A DNA stretch of 64,000 nt, taken from assembly GCA_964430755.1 (NCBI GenBank), contig CAYSFT010000002.1, positions 21,001 to 85,000 on the forward strand, written 5' to 3'. Origin of the DNA: an uncultured Lachnospiraceae bacterium. GTDB taxonomy: Bacteria; Bacillota; Clostridia; Oscillospirales; CAG-272. Under the pieces are notes generated by a model. It saw nothing but the letters and a program-made list of their open reading frames with translations. It ran no database searches and was not told the DNA's origin. Both the position numbers and the translations under genes were made by a program. Shown here piece after piece: positions 46,860 through 56,859 of this stretch (position 1 is its first letter; each line of letters begins with the position of its first letter).

Positions 46860-46990
46860 GATAAACACCTCACATAAAATATTTGCATGGATTTTGCCAT
46901 GCGGTTTTATATCATACACCATAGTATAACATATTTTTTCATAAATTGCAATAGGTTTTTGAAAAAAACTTGATTTTATTTGATTTTTAT

Positions 46991-48181
46991 CTAATCCGAG
47001 TTGATGCTGCTGTAAGAATTGACATATGTTCTCGGTACGCGCGCGGAAATTCCGCTGATCAGCTCATACGAGATGGTTCCCATCATCTCGGCGAGTTTAT
47101 CGGCACGTACACGTTCATCCGCACCGATGAGCGTTGCAATAGAGTCGATTTTGGCGCTCGGAATATCGGTAACGTCCACCATCAGCTGATCCATGCAGAC
47201 ACGGCCGAGGATCGGTGCGTATTTTTCATCAATAACAACGCCTGCCTTGTTTGAAAGCAGTCTCGGATAACCGTCTGCATATCCGATGGGAAGCGTTGCA
47301 ACCCTTGTTTCACGGGTGGTCACGTAAGTGTGTCCATAGCTGATTCCCGTGCCTGCAGGGAGCGTTTTAATTGCAGTTATACGTGTTCTGACTGCCATTG
47401 CAGGCTTTAAGTGAAGTACACGCTTTGTTTCCGGCGACGGATAATAACCGTACAGACTGATTCCCTCGCGCACAAGGTCGTATTTATTGGTAAATTCGGA
47501 TTCGGTCAGCGCCGCACTGTTGCAGAGGCTCATATGTGTTGGGCGAATACCGTGCTCGTCGAGTTTCTTTATAAAATCATCGAAAATTGCCGTTTGATTC
47601 AGTGCTGATGCTTTATCGTACTGATCGGCGCAGGCTAAGTGACTGAATATTCCGTCGATTTTTATATTTGCGAGTCTGCTGATTTCCTCGGCGAGCTTGA
47701 TACCTTCTGCCGTTTTTTCGGGAGTTGTGCACTCGATTCCGATGCGTGACATTCCGGTATCGCATACGAGGAAGCAGGGAACGGTTACGCTGTGCAGGAC
47801 TGCCGCCGCGGAAAGTGCACGTGCCGATTCGAGCTGAAATATACTCGGTATAACATTTTTATATCGCACCAATTCGCCGTAAAGCGAGGGATGTATTTCA
47901 CTTAAAATGAGGATTTTTGATTTTATTCCCGATTCGATAAGTGTGATGGCTTCGGGTAAGGTTGCAACGGCAAAAAAATCGGCACTGCAGTATTTTTCAA
48001 GCTCTGCGGCAACTGTAACTGCGCCGTGACCGTATGCATTCGCCTTGACAACGGCGACCATTTTTGCACCGTGCGAGCTTGCATATGCGGCAGCAGAGTT
48101 ATAATTCTGACGTATGGCGGCAAGGTCGATCTCCGCCCATGTGCGAGTCATTTTTATATCTATTCCCATTTTGGATTTCAT
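46991..48181 (-). CDS. alr: alanine racemase
   Basis: [13 protein letters not shown]-lysine motif and C-terminal Alr domain. An alternative start lies at 48151. Confidence 0.9.
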   Translation of the reverse strand: MKSKMGIDIKMTRTWAEIDLAAIRQNYNSAAAYASSHGAKMVAVVKANAYGHGAVTVAAELEKYCSADFFAVATLPEAITLIESGIKSKILILSEIHPSLYGELVRYKNVIPSIFQLESARALSAAAVLHSVTVPCFLVCDTGMSRIGIECTTPEKTAEGIKLAEEISRLANIKIDGIFSHLACADQYDKASALNQTAIFDDFIKKLDEHGIRPTHMSLCNSAALTESEFTNKYDLVREGISLYGYYPSPETKRVLHLKPAMAVRTRITAIKTLPAGTGISYGHTYVTTRETRVATLPIGYADGYPRLLSNKAGVVIDEKYAPILGRVCMDQLMVDVTDIPSAKIDSIATLIGADERVRADKLAEMMGTISYELISGISARVPRTYVNSYSSINSD

Positions 48182-48264
48182 GACTCCCTTCTTTGGTTTG
48201 AAATATTACAGCACAATGCTTTTTGCACCGTGCTGATTTTGATTATAATCTTTAATTTTGTTTT

Positions 48265-49146
48265 TTATTCGTCATCACCGAACAAATCTCGCCACTGTAT
48301 CTCGGCAAACCTATACTGCGCCTCGGCTGTATAATGAATACCGTCGTGGAAAATACCGTGTGACGGCTTTTCGTCTGTATAAAATTCGGTTTTACTCATG
48401 TCGATGACCTTGCAGTTGTCGAAATATTCGGTGAATCCGTCGAAAATATCGCTCATTCTCTTGATGCGGCTTGCCTCAAAGCTTTCGGTAAGAGGGCGGT
48501 AAAGATACAGCGGTATGCCCTTGCCGAGCTTATCCGAGCCGAGGGCAGTGAAGAATCCCCAAAAGAGATTCTTGAAATTATCTTCGGCTTCGTTAAGTGC
48601 CTTTGATCCGGTGTGACATTCTTTTTCGTACTGATTCCAATGGAGTCCGATAACCTGAGGGTGTTTTCCACTTGCGATAAGATTTACTGTTGCAAGCGAG
48701 AGAATTTCCGTTGTGAGCGGATAAAGCGAAATGTCGCATTCGCCGAGTACTCCGGGCTTGATAATCGGTTCACGAAGCGGATACCACATATTTCCCGAGC
48801 GCGATTCATACTGCGCGATGCCCTGTGCGCCGATTGAGATCTGTATTACATAAAGATCGGGCAGGTCAGTGCCACCGTCGATTGCAGACTGCCACATTGC
48901 GGCGAAATAGTTTGCAAGGCAGCAGGTGTCGTCCTGGGTTTCGCCGAGGTTCATGCCGTCTGAAGTGAAGCCGCTCCAAGTGATGTCGTCAAGACCGTAT
49001 GCCTGATTGTATTCGCGGTTAAGACCGTGGACGTTTTTAAGCGGCGTATGTATAAGCTGTTCTTCCGGCAGGTGGGTGCCGTGTGCGTGTGCGTTGGATT
49101 GACCGAGTACGACAAGGATCGGTGCATCGTTTTTTTCAAATACCAT
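48265..49146 (-). CDS. SASA/DUF303-type carbohydrate (sialate-like) O-acetylesterase
   Basis: VVLGQSNAHAHG N-terminal nucleophile block. TAATG overlap with the upstream gene. Confidence 0.7.
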   Translation of the reverse strand: MVFEKNDAPILVVLGQSNAHAHGTHLPEEQLIHTPLKNVHGLNREYNQAYGLDDITWSGFTSDGMNLGETQDDTCCLANYFAAMWQSAIDGGTDLPDLYVIQISIGAQGIAQYESRSGNMWYPLREPIIKPGVLGECDISLYPLTTEILSLATVNLIASGKHPQVIGLHWNQYEKECHTGSKALNEAEDNFKNLFWGFFTALGSDKLGKGIPLYLYRPLTESFEASRIKRMSDIFDGFTEYFDNCKVIDMSKTEFYTDEKPSHGIFHDGIHYTAEAQYRFAEIQWRDLFGDDE

Positions 49147-50834
49147 TATTTCTTCTCCGCGTCGTTCTGACGGATCTCAACACGGCGTATCTTGCCGCTT
49201 GTAGTTTTCGGAAGCTCGTCAACAAACTCGACAACACGAGGATACTTGTAAGGCGCAGTTGTCACTTTAACGTGAGTCTGAAGCTCCTTCTTAAGTTCGT
49301 CTCCGGCTTTATCTTTCCAGCCCTTTGCGAGTACGATAGTTGCCTTAACGACCTGACCGCGTACGGGATCGGGTACGGCTGTAACCGCACATTCAAGTAC
49401 GGCAGGATGTGTCATAAGTGCGCTCTCAACCTCGAACGGGCCGATACGGTAACCCGAGCACTTGATAACGTCATCGTTTCTGCCCTCGAACCAGAAGTAA
49501 CCGTCCGAGTCGCGCCATGCCATGTCACCGGTGTTGTAAACGCCGTTTTTCCAGGAGCGTGCCATAGCTTCTGGAGCGTTGTAATATTCCATGAAAAGTC
49601 CCGTCGGATGGTCGCCTGCGTTCTTTATAACGATTGAACCGACGATACCGTCCTCGCAGGAGTTGCCGTCCTCGTCAACGATGTCGATGTCATATATCGG
49701 CGCAGGTTTTCCTGTGGAGCCGACCTTGATCTCGTCCCAGCCGTAGTTTGCGAGAATGACTGTCGTTTCTGTCTGACCGAAGCCCTCGTAAATGGTGTGT
49801 CCCGTTGCTTCCTTGAAGCGTTTTACGACTTCGGGGTTGAGAGGCTCACCTGCTGTACCGCAGTGATGGAGAGTTGAGAAGTCACAGCCCGACAGATCCT
49901 CTTTGATGAGGAAGCGGTAGATTGTGGGCGGTGCACAGAATGTGGTCAGCTTTAAGTGGTCAATTGCCGCAAGCAGCTTTGCAGGGACGAATTTGTCTGT
50001 GTCATATGCGACGTTTACAGCTCCGCAGATCCACTGACCGTAAATCTTACCCCATGCAAATTTTGCCCAGCCTGAATCGGAAACGGTGAGGTGTCTGCCC
50101 TCGTCCTCAACCTTCTGCCAATAATGCGCGGTCGTGATGTGACCGAGAGGGTAGAGGAAGTTATGAGTTAACATCTTGGGCATACCCGATGTACCCGATG
50201 TGAAGTACATGAGCATGGTGTCGAGATTCTTTGTTGCCGCGTCACCTGTGGGACGTGTCCATACGGCAGAGGCTTCACTTGTAATCTTTCTCATATCGAG
50301 AAATTCATCGCCAAAGCGTTCGCTGATGCCGTCGCCGACAAGTCCGACATGACGGAGAGTTGTACATTTTTCGCGACAGTTGCGGATATGCGAGATAATA
50401 ACGTCATCCTCTGCGGCGATAAGCATACGCACCTCTGCGGCCTCACAGCGGTAAACGATATCCTTTTCTGTGAGCTGGAAGGATGCGGGAATTGCAACAG
50501 CTCCCATTTTGCAGAGTGCGACAAGAGTGAACCAGACCTCGGGACGCTGCTTTAAGATGAGCATTACACGCTCGCCCTTTTTGATACCGAGCGCGGTGAG
50601 TACGTTTGCGATACGGTCTGACTGCTCTTTAATGTCACCGAATGTGAAATGCTTTTCCTCACCGTCATCGTTGAGCCAGATGAGCGCAGGCTTCGAGGGT
50701 TCAAGGCGAGCGTATTCGTCAACGATATCGTAACCGAAGTTAAAGCTTTCGGGAATGTTTAATTTATAGTTTTTCTTGAAATCCTCGTAGCTCTCGAAGT
50801 CGATGCGAGGCAGATATTTTGATAAGAAGTTCAT
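49146..50834 (-). CDS. AMP-forming acyl-CoA synthetase (medium-chain type)
   Basis: YFTSGTSGMPK, YGQTE, GD...DGYFWFEGRNDD and the C-terminal SGKIRR lysine motif. Confidence 0.85.
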   Translation of the reverse strand: MNFLSKYLPRIDFESYEDFKKNYKLNIPESFNFGYDIVDEYARLEPSKPALIWLNDDGEEKHFTFGDIKEQSDRIANVLTALGIKKGERVMLILKQRPEVWFTLVALCKMGAVAIPASFQLTEKDIVYRCEAAEVRMLIAAEDDVIISHIRNCREKCTTLRHVGLVGDGISERFGDEFLDMRKITSEASAVWTRPTGDAATKNLDTMLMYFTSGTSGMPKMLTHNFLYPLGHITTAHYWQKVEDEGRHLTVSDSGWAKFAWGKIYGQWICGAVNVAYDTDKFVPAKLLAAIDHLKLTTFCAPPTIYRFLIKEDLSGCDFSTLHHCGTAGEPLNPEVVKRFKEATGHTIYEGFGQTETTVILANYGWDEIKVGSTGKPAPIYDIDIVDEDGNSCEDGIVGSIVIKNAGDHPTGLFMEYYNAPEAMARSWKNGVYNTGDMAWRDSDGYFWFEGRNDDVIKCSGYRIGPFEVESALMTHPAVLECAVTAVPDPVRGQVVKATIVLAKGWKDKAGDELKKELQTHVKVTTAPYKYPRVVEFVDELPKTTSGKIRRVEIRQNDAEKK

Positions 50835-50852
50835 TTTTTCGAATCCTTTTTA

Positions 50853-51416
50853 TTATTTTCTTTTCATGTTTTCGTTGATGACAGTGAGGAATTTGGACAC
50901 CGTTCCGATAGCACGCTGACTGTGCGGAATGGTCGGGTTAAAATAAATGGAATCGCCTGCGCGCAGTATATATTCATGACCTGCGAGCTGTACTGCAACG
51001 GTACCCTCAAGCACCATATTGAACTCCTGACCCGCGTGTGTAACGAGATCGGGAGTTTTGCTGTTCGGATCGAGAGTGACGATCATCGGCTCCATTTCAC
51101 GGTCAATATAATTATATGCAAGCGATGAGAATTTATAGCCTGCATAGCGCTCAACCTCAAGACCGTTGCCCTGACGGACGAGGGTATAGTCAACCATACG
51201 CGGCTCGTCACCGAGTAGCAGTACGGTCGGGTCAACGCCGAGCTCTGTCGCTATTGCATAAAGCTTTCCGATTGGAATATCACATTCGGCGTTTTCATAT
51301 GAATCGTACACCTCACGTGTAACACCGATCCTTTCGGCGACGGTATCCGCATCAATATCAAGTATATCACGAAGCTCACGTACCCTTGCGGCAATTTGTT
51401 CAACCTGTGGCAGCAT
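50853..51416 (-). CDS. XRE-family HTH regulator with a C-terminal cupin domain
   Basis: N-terminal HTH (VAERIGVTREVYDSYE) followed by a cupin (GDSIYFNPTIPH). Confidence 0.85.
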   Translation of the reverse strand: MLPQVEQIAARVRELRDILDIDADTVAERIGVTREVYDSYENAECDIPIGKLYAIATELGVDPTVLLLGDEPRMVDYTLVRQGNGLEVERYAGYKFSSLAYNYIDREMEPMIVTLDPNSKTPDLVTHAGQEFNMVLEGTVAVQLAGHEYILRAGDSIYFNPTIPHSQRAIGTVSKFLTVINENMKRK

Positions 51417-51530
51417 AACTAATCTTCCTTTCAGAAATAAAAATAATTATCCATTATATTATACCACATAAGAGCGACAATTGCAAGTGGAATTTTACAC
51501 AAATCGAGGGTGATTCGCCGCTTTAAATAG

Positions 51531-51559
51531 TTGACAGCAACAGAAAAATGATGTATAAT
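51531..51559 (+). promoter_or_regulatory. sigma-A-type promoter
   Basis: TTGACA, 17-nt spacer, TATAAT. Confidence 0.6.
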
Positions 51560-51593
51560 ACTAAATAATTATGTTAACCAGAGGTGAATATAG

Positions 51594-52457
51594 ATGAAAA
51601 CTTCAACGGAAATAGCATCATGCGCAAAGCTTATCGGAGAAGAACATACAATTGAGCTTGTTGCAAAATCCGGATTTGACGCATGGGATTTTTCAATGTT
51701 CGATATGGCACGCTATGATTGGAAAAACGAATGTGTTATTAAAAGCACACATCCGCTGGCAGGTCACGGTTATGCAGATTTTGCAAAGCGCCTTGCACAA
51801 GTGGGACGTGACAATGGTATTGAATGTAATCAGTCTCACGCGCCGTTCCCGGTATATTGTAAGGAGATACGGTCTTTCCTCAAAAGAGCAATTGAATGTA
51901 CTGCGATTGCAGGAGGAAAAATATGCATAATTCATCCGGATAACAATAAATCACCCGAAGAAAATGCCGAAATGTATTTCGAACTTCTTCCTTTTGCGAA
52001 GGAGCACGGAGTTAAGATCGCCACTGAAAATATGTGGAATTGGTCCAACGAAAAAGGTGAGGCGACTTTTGCGGCCTGCATGACACCCGAGAGTTTTAAT
52101 GCGCATCTTGATGCGGTGAATGACGAATCGTTCGTTGCCTGTCTTGATATAGGTCACGCAGAGATGCGCGGCACGGGAACAAGTGCAGTTGAATTGATTC
52201 ACGTTCTCGGAAAACGTCTTGGCGCACTTCATATTCACGATAATGACAAGTGGCACGATTTACATCAGATCCCGCGTTCTATAGATATAGATTTTGACGC
52301 TGTTGTGAAGGCTCTCAAGGAAATCGGATATGATGGCTATTTTACTCTTGAAGCGGATCAGTATCTCTCAAAGTATACACCGGAAACAGTTCATATCGGA
52401 GTGAAGGAACTTGCCGATTCGGCACGGGAGCTGGCGGAGCTTTTTGAAAAGCTGTAA
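51594..52457 (+). CDS. sugar phosphate isomerase/epimerase (xylose-isomerase-like TIM barrel)
   Basis: Typical AP-endonuclease-2/TIM pattern (IATENM, LDIGH, HIHDN, TLE). Confidence 0.8.
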   Translation: MKTSTEIASCAKLIGEEHTIELVAKSGFDAWDFSMFDMARYDWKNECVIKSTHPLAGHGYADFAKRLAQVGRDNGIECNQSHAPFPVYCKEIRSFLKRAIECTAIAGGKICIIHPDNNKSPEENAEMYFELLPFAKEHGVKIATENMWNWSNEKGEATFAACMTPESFNAHLDAVNDESFVACLDIGHAEMRGTGTSAVELIHVLGKRLGALHIHDNDKWHDLHQIPRSIDIDFDAVVKALKEIGYDGYFTLEADQYLSKYTPETVHIGVKELADSARELAELFEKL

Positions 52458-52555
52458 TTCCACCCAACCGACGGTTGATATCTCCCCATTCAACCGTTAG
52501 TGTGTGGATTTTGTCTGCGAAATCGTGTAGAATGTAAGCGAAAGGAGGACGTCAG

Positions 52556-53167
52556 GTGGATCAGATCAAAATAGGAAAATTCATCGCCGAGTGCAGAAAA
52601 AAGCAGGGGCTTACCCAAATGCAGCTCGCCGAAAAAATGAATGTTACAGACAGAGCCGTATCAAAATGGGAAACGGGAAAATCCATGCCCGATTCCTCGA
52701 TAATGCTCGAGCTTTGCAGTGAGCTGAAAATTACTGTGAACGATTTACTATGTGGGGAGGTTGTTACAATGAATGATTACAACGAAAAATCGGAGCAAAT
52801 GCTCCTTGAAATGGTGAAGCAAAAGGAACAGTCCGACAGACAATTGCTGTCGCTTGAGATCTTGATAGGAACATTTTCGGTTATTATACTTTTGGGCTCC
52901 TCGATGGTTGCCGCACTGTTTGAGATGGAAGATTGGCTGCGTGTGCTGATTGCTGTGTCGGGCTTTGTCATAGGCCTTATCGGAATTATGTTCGCTCTGC
53001 GAATCGAGCAGACGGCAGGCTACTATGAATGTGCGAAATGTCATCATAGATATGTTCCTACATTTATGAGTGTGTTGTGGGCGATGCACGGCGGCAGAAC
53101 AAGATTTATGAAATGCCCGAAATGCGGCAAGATGTCATGGCAGAAAAAGAGAATCAGTAAAGAATAA
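52556..53167 (+). CDS. membrane-bound XRE-family HTH protein with a C-terminal zinc ribbon
   Basis: HTH (QGLTQMQLAEKMNVTDRAVSKWE), two TM segments, and CAKCHHRY...CPKCGK. GTG start after ggagga. Confidence 0.75.
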   Translation: MDQIKIGKFIAECRKKQGLTQMQLAEKMNVTDRAVSKWETGKSMPDSSIMLELCSELKITVNDLLCGEVVTMNDYNEKSEQMLLEMVKQKEQSDRQLLSLEILIGTFSVIILLGSSMVAALFEMEDWLRVLIAVSGFVIGLIGIMFALRIEQTAGYYECAKCHHRYVPTFMSVLWAMHGGRTRFMKCPKCGKMSWQKKRISKE

Positions 53168-53172
53168 AAAAT

Positions 53173-53202
53173 GCCTTCCTCACCTTAAATGATGGGGAAG
53201 GC
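53173..53202. terminator. convergent terminator hairpin
   Basis: Stem gccttcc / ggaaggc (extendable), flanked by an A-run and a T-rich tract. Confidence 0.6.
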
Positions 53203-53217
53203 TTTGCTTCTTGATTG

Positions 53218-53811
53218 TTACAGCATCTCGCGCACACGAAGTGTAACGCCCACGCCGTCTGCTATGCTTTGACAGATATCAATGTCACTGTCGGGAATCG
53301 AGCCGCGTACGACTGACAGAATAACAGTCGGAACATAATCCTTGACACGTCCTGCGAAGTCGATCAGCGCATCAAACGATGCCTCACCGAACTCGGAGTG
53401 ACATACATCCTGGTAGCTCTTTGCATTTGCACAGTTAAGGCTTATTGAAACCGTGTCGAAGCAACCGGCAAATTCGGGAGTGGTGTCGCGCTTGTTTATG
53501 AGGTCGGAGTGACCGTTTGTGTTGATGCGTATTTTTATGTTGTGTGCCGATTTGACCTTGCGGCAGACCCAGAGAATGTCGTCAAGACGCTCTGTCGGTT
53601 CACCGTAACCGCAGAATACCAGCTCGGGGTATGAGTTGAGGTCGCGCTTTTCTATATCTTCAAGAATTTCTTCGCGTGAAGGCTCACGGTCAAGCCAGAG
53701 GTCGCCGTAAAGCTCCTCGCCGTGTGAGCGGACGCAGAAATCACAGGAATTTGAACAGCGGTTTGTTGTGTTGACGTAGAGTGAGTCTCCGACAACGTAT
53801 GTTATGGTCAT
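53218..53811 (-). CDS. small radical SAM protein (resembles the TatD-associated rSAM family)
   Basis: NTTNRCSNSCDFCV (CxxxCxxC), GYGEP. 197 aa. Confidence 0.75.
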   Translation of the reverse strand: MTITYVVGDSLYVNTTNRCSNSCDFCVRSHGEELYGDLWLDREPSREEILEDIEKRDLNSYPELVFCGYGEPTERLDDILWVCRKVKSAHNIKIRINTNGHSDLINKRDTTPEFAGCFDTVSISLNCANAKSYQDVCHSEFGEASFDALIDFAGRVKDYVPTVILSVVRGSIPDSDIDICQSIADGVGVTLRVREML

Positions 53812-53823
53812 GTTATAATCATG

Positions 53824-53939
53824 GCTTTCGTTTTACGAAAGCTTCCTTTCTATCCTTATTGGGGGCGGTTTGCGAAGCAAAATCTCGGTCTATGACCGAG
53901 ATAGAACCACAAAAGGTAGTTTGAAATTTATTTTCAAAC
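53824..53939 (-). promoter_or_regulatory. conserved ~115-nt structured leader element, copy 2
   Basis: Matches 11550-11667 including the palindrome atctcggtc-ata-gaccgagat. It ends 12 nt before the start codon of the rSAM gene. Confidence 0.5.
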
Positions 53940-53956
53940 TTTTCTCCTTATACTTA

Positions 53957-53984
53957 ACAAAAACGCCACCGAGAAGGCAGCGTT
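53957..53984 (-). terminator. probable terminator of the ferredoxin gene
   Basis: On the minus strand: acgctgcc-ttctc-ggtggcgt (internal mismatch) followed by ttttg. Confidence 0.5.
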
Positions 53985-53998
53985 TTATGTATCTGAAA

Positions 53999-54169
53999 TT
54001 ATTCAGCCTTGGGAGCATCAACGGGGCAAGCACCTGCGCAAGCGCCGCATTCGATGCACTCATCTGCGTTGATCTCATACTTACCGTCTGCCTCAGCAAT
54101 GCAGCTTACAGGGCATTCATCAGCACAAGCGCCGCAAGCGATGCAATCATCAGAAATCTTATATGCCAT
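53999..54169 (-). CDS. fdx: 2x[4Fe-4S] ferredoxin (56 aa)
   Basis: Read by eye: MAYKISDDCIACGACADECPVSCIAEADGKYEINADECIECGACAGACPVDAPKAE, with two CxxCxxCxxxCP motifs. RBS is ggagg. Below the ORF-track size cut-off. Confidence 0.85.
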   Translation of the reverse strand: MAYKISDDCIACGACADECPVSCIAEADGKYEINADECIECGACAGACPVDAPKAE

Positions 54170-54284
54170 TTCAAATACACCTCCGTGTTATAAAATTTGC
54201 TTACGTACATATTGTATCACAAAATTTGAAAAATGCAAGGGGTTATACTAAAAGTTCATAGTATATTCATAAATGACGTAAAAA

Positions 54285-55784
54285 TCACTCACTTTGAGCG
54301 GTTTCCTTGGATTTTACACCCTTTCCGCCGATAACCTTAACGTCATCACGGTGGTAAACCTTAGGCGTGATCATTTCAGCCTTTGTTCCGAAGCGTACAC
54401 GAACAAGTCCGGCAAGCGGCTGAACCTCGATGACAGTACCTTCTCCGTCCGGAGTTTCAACGATCTGATCGACCTTGGGGGTCTTTTTTATTTCTTCCTG
54501 GTATGTGTCATGCTCATAGCGCAGACAGCACATGAGTCGTCCGCACGCACCGGAAATCTTCGCGGAGTTGAGCGAGAGATTCTGTTCCTTTGCCATCTTG
54601 ATGGAAACCTGAACAAAATCCGAAAGGAACGTCTTGCAGCAGAACGGACGTCCGCAGACACCGATACCGCCGAGCAGCTTGGTTTCATCGCGTATACCGA
54701 TCTGACGGAGCTCAATGCGTGTTCTGAATGCCGCAGCGAGATCCTTGACAAGCTCACGGAAATCGACACGTCCCTCGGCTGTGAAATAAAAGAGCAGCTT
54801 CGAGCCGTCAAAGGCAAGCTCAACGTCGATAAGCTTCATTCCGAGCTTATGCTCAAGCACCTTCTGCGCGCAAACCTCAAATGCTTCTTTTTCACGTGCG
54901 ACATTTGCTTCGTGACGGGTTATATCCTCCTCGGTTGCACGGCGTACCACTGTGCGAAGCGGAAGCACGACCTCGCGCTCGGTTACGGTGCGGTTTACAA
55001 TATCGCATATACCGAATTCGAGTCCGCGTGCGGTTTCAACGATAACTTTGTCGCCATATGCGAACTTCATGCCGTTCGGATTAAAATAATATATCTTTCC
55101 GCCGGATTTGAAGCGGATACCGACGATTTCATATTTTGCAAGCTCCACCTCGGGAGTCGGTTCGGGTGTATACTCGTATTCCTCGATACGCTTTGCATCA
55201 GCGGCAGTTATCGAATTGAGCTCGTCTCTTATTTCCTCGTCGATGCTTCCGGCGGTGGTGATGTACTCGCTGTATGCTGAGGCTTCGGACGCGGATTCTG
55301 AAGTCTGCTCGACTGCATTTGATTCAGCGCCCTGCGGCTTGCGGTCACGGGTATGCTTATGCGGATTTTTACCGCGGCGGTTCTCATTGCCCTCGCCGTT
55401 TGCGTTTGTGTTTTCCTTGATTGCTTCCTGCGTGCCGTTCTCGGCGTTTGCCGCAGCATTTGTGTTCTCACGGCGACGGTCACCTCTGCGGCGATGCGGA
55501 CGGTGAGGACGGTTTTCATTATCGCGGTTCTGCTGTGCGCGATTATCCTGGCGGGGTGTGTTCAGCGTTACCTCTGTCTTCTGATTATCCGCCGGAGGAA
55601 CATCGTAACGTCCCGGGCGAACTGTTATCGAATCGCCTGTGTTATTCTGTTCGGCAGACTGATTTGCCTGCGGACGGTTCGGTTTACGGCGATGATTATG
55701 CCAACGGTGTGGCTTTTTGCCGCCGTTTTCGCTGTTATTACCGTGCGCGTTCTTTTCGTTATTATCCATAACCTTTATGACCAT
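54285..55784 (-). CDS. yaaT: PSP1/YaaT (RicT)-family protein with a ~200-aa low-complexity N-terminal extension
   Basis: C-terminal 280 aa are typical PSP1 (GIRFKSGGKIYYF, GVCGRPFCC, GACGRLMCCLRYE). The N-terminus is rich in N/R/E/Q/H. An alternative ATG lies 5 codons downstream. Confidence 0.8.
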   Translation of the reverse strand: MVIKVMDNNEKNAHGNNSENGGKKPHRWHNHRRKPNRPQANQSAEQNNTGDSITVRPGRYDVPPADNQKTEVTLNTPRQDNRAQQNRDNENRPHRPHRRRGDRRRENTNAAANAENGTQEAIKENTNANGEGNENRRGKNPHKHTRDRKPQGAESNAVEQTSESASEASAYSEYITTAGSIDEEIRDELNSITAADAKRIEEYEYTPEPTPEVELAKYEIVGIRFKSGGKIYYFNPNGMKFAYGDKVIVETARGLEFGICDIVNRTVTEREVVLPLRTVVRRATEEDITRHEANVAREKEAFEVCAQKVLEHKLGMKLIDVELAFDGSKLLFYFTAEGRVDFRELVKDLAAAFRTRIELRQIGIRDETKLLGGIGVCGRPFCCKTFLSDFVQVSIKMAKEQNLSLNSAKISGACGRLMCCLRYEHDTYQEEIKKTPKVDQIVETPDGEGTVIEVQPLAGLVRVRFGTKAEMITPKVYHRDDVKVIGGKGVKSKETAQSE

Positions 55785-55818
55785 AACCCCGTTTGGGGTT
55801 CCTTTCTTTCGTGGAAAA

Positions 55819-56859
55819 TTATTTTACTCTTGTTGCCGCGGCTGCAGCGGCAGAGGTTCTGATCTGGGTGAGATTTATATTTGAGTTTCGCTCTAAACTA
55901 TCATGGGCGCTCACGAATACGTCGAGCAGTGTCATCAGCTTTGAAAGGGCGAACCTATCGGCATTTTCGCGTGCCTTATCGGGAGTGATATAAAAAATCG
56001 GGGATGGGGATTTTGTGAGTTTCACGTTGATTAAGTCCCTGATTGCATCCGAGAGCAGGGAATAGATATCCTTGAGCTCGTCACGCTCTTTTGAGTTTAC
56101 AAGCTTTGACGAATATTCAAAAAAAGCAAGCTCACTCGCCGAATCACGTCTGTTTGCAAGAAGCTCGATATAACGCTCCGCCTTTTTGTAAATTTTAAGA
56201 CACTCGGCGGCACTTTGGGGATCGGTCAGCTGTATCGCTTTACCGAGACTTCCGTGCGCAAGTCTGACTGCGGCATAGAAGGCATCGGGATCATTTTTTG
56301 AGAGTTCCTTTGCGCTTTCGTTCGATTTCAGTGCTTCGATTATAACATCATCCGGCAGCGCTTCTACGCGGTATATCGGCGCACGGCTGCGTATAGTCGG
56401 AAGCAGGTCGTCGGCTCTCTCGCAGAGAAGCAGAAACATGACGTAAGGCGGCGGTTCTTCGAGGATTTTAAGCATTGCATTCTGCGCCTGCACGTTCATT
56501 GTGTCCGCTCTCGGGATGATGTAAAACTTTCTTGAAAGATCGTTCGGTGCGACTGCCGTGTCTTCACGGAGCCGACGGATGACATCAACGCTTATTTGTA
56601 CGCGGTCTTTATCCGCTCCGACGGTTATAACATCCGGCGACTGTGCACGTAATATCTTATAGCAGTTTATACATTCCATGCAGGGACGGCTTGATTCACT
56701 GCACGATGCGGCGGCAGAGATCAGATTTGCGAGTGTACGCTTTCCGCAGCCCTCCCCGCCCTCGATGATGTAAGCGTGAGCAAGACGGTTTGCGTTGATA
56801 TCACGCTTCAGTCTTTCAATGAGTCTTTCGTTCTTCAAAAAAGAATCAAACCCCGACAT
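55819..56859 (-). CDS. holB: DNA polymerase III subunit delta'
   Basis: HAYIIEGGEGCGKRTLA, the zinc module C..C..C.C, and ILEEPP. Confidence 0.9.
   Translation of the reverse strand: MSGFDSFLKNERLIERLKRDINANRLAHAYIIEGGEGCGKRTLANLISAAASCSESSRPCMECINCYKILRAQSPDVITVGADKDRVQISVDVIRRLREDTAVAPNDLSRKFYIIPRADTMNVQAQNAMLKILEEPPPYVMFLLLCERADDLLPTIRSRAPIYRVEALPDDVIIEALKSNESAKELSKNDPDAFYAAVRLAHGSLGKAIQLTDPQSAAECLKIYKKAERYIELLANRRDSASELAFFEYSSKLVNSKERDELKDIYSLLSDAIRDLINVKLTKSPSPIFYITPDKARENADRFALSKLMTLLDVFVSAHDSLERNSNINLTQIRTSAAAAAATRVK

Noticed and set aside
46860-46905. Small hairpin gcatgg-N6-ccatgc in the rpmE leader, considered as a possible L31 autoregulatory site.
   Set aside because: It is only a 6-bp stem, and I have no comparative support for it.
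54294-55280. 328-aa ORF on the plus strand. Overlapping ORFs at 55108-55862 fall in the same category.
   Set aside because: They are antisense to yaaT, and their sequence is low-complexity. The PSP1 motifs on the minus strand explain the region.
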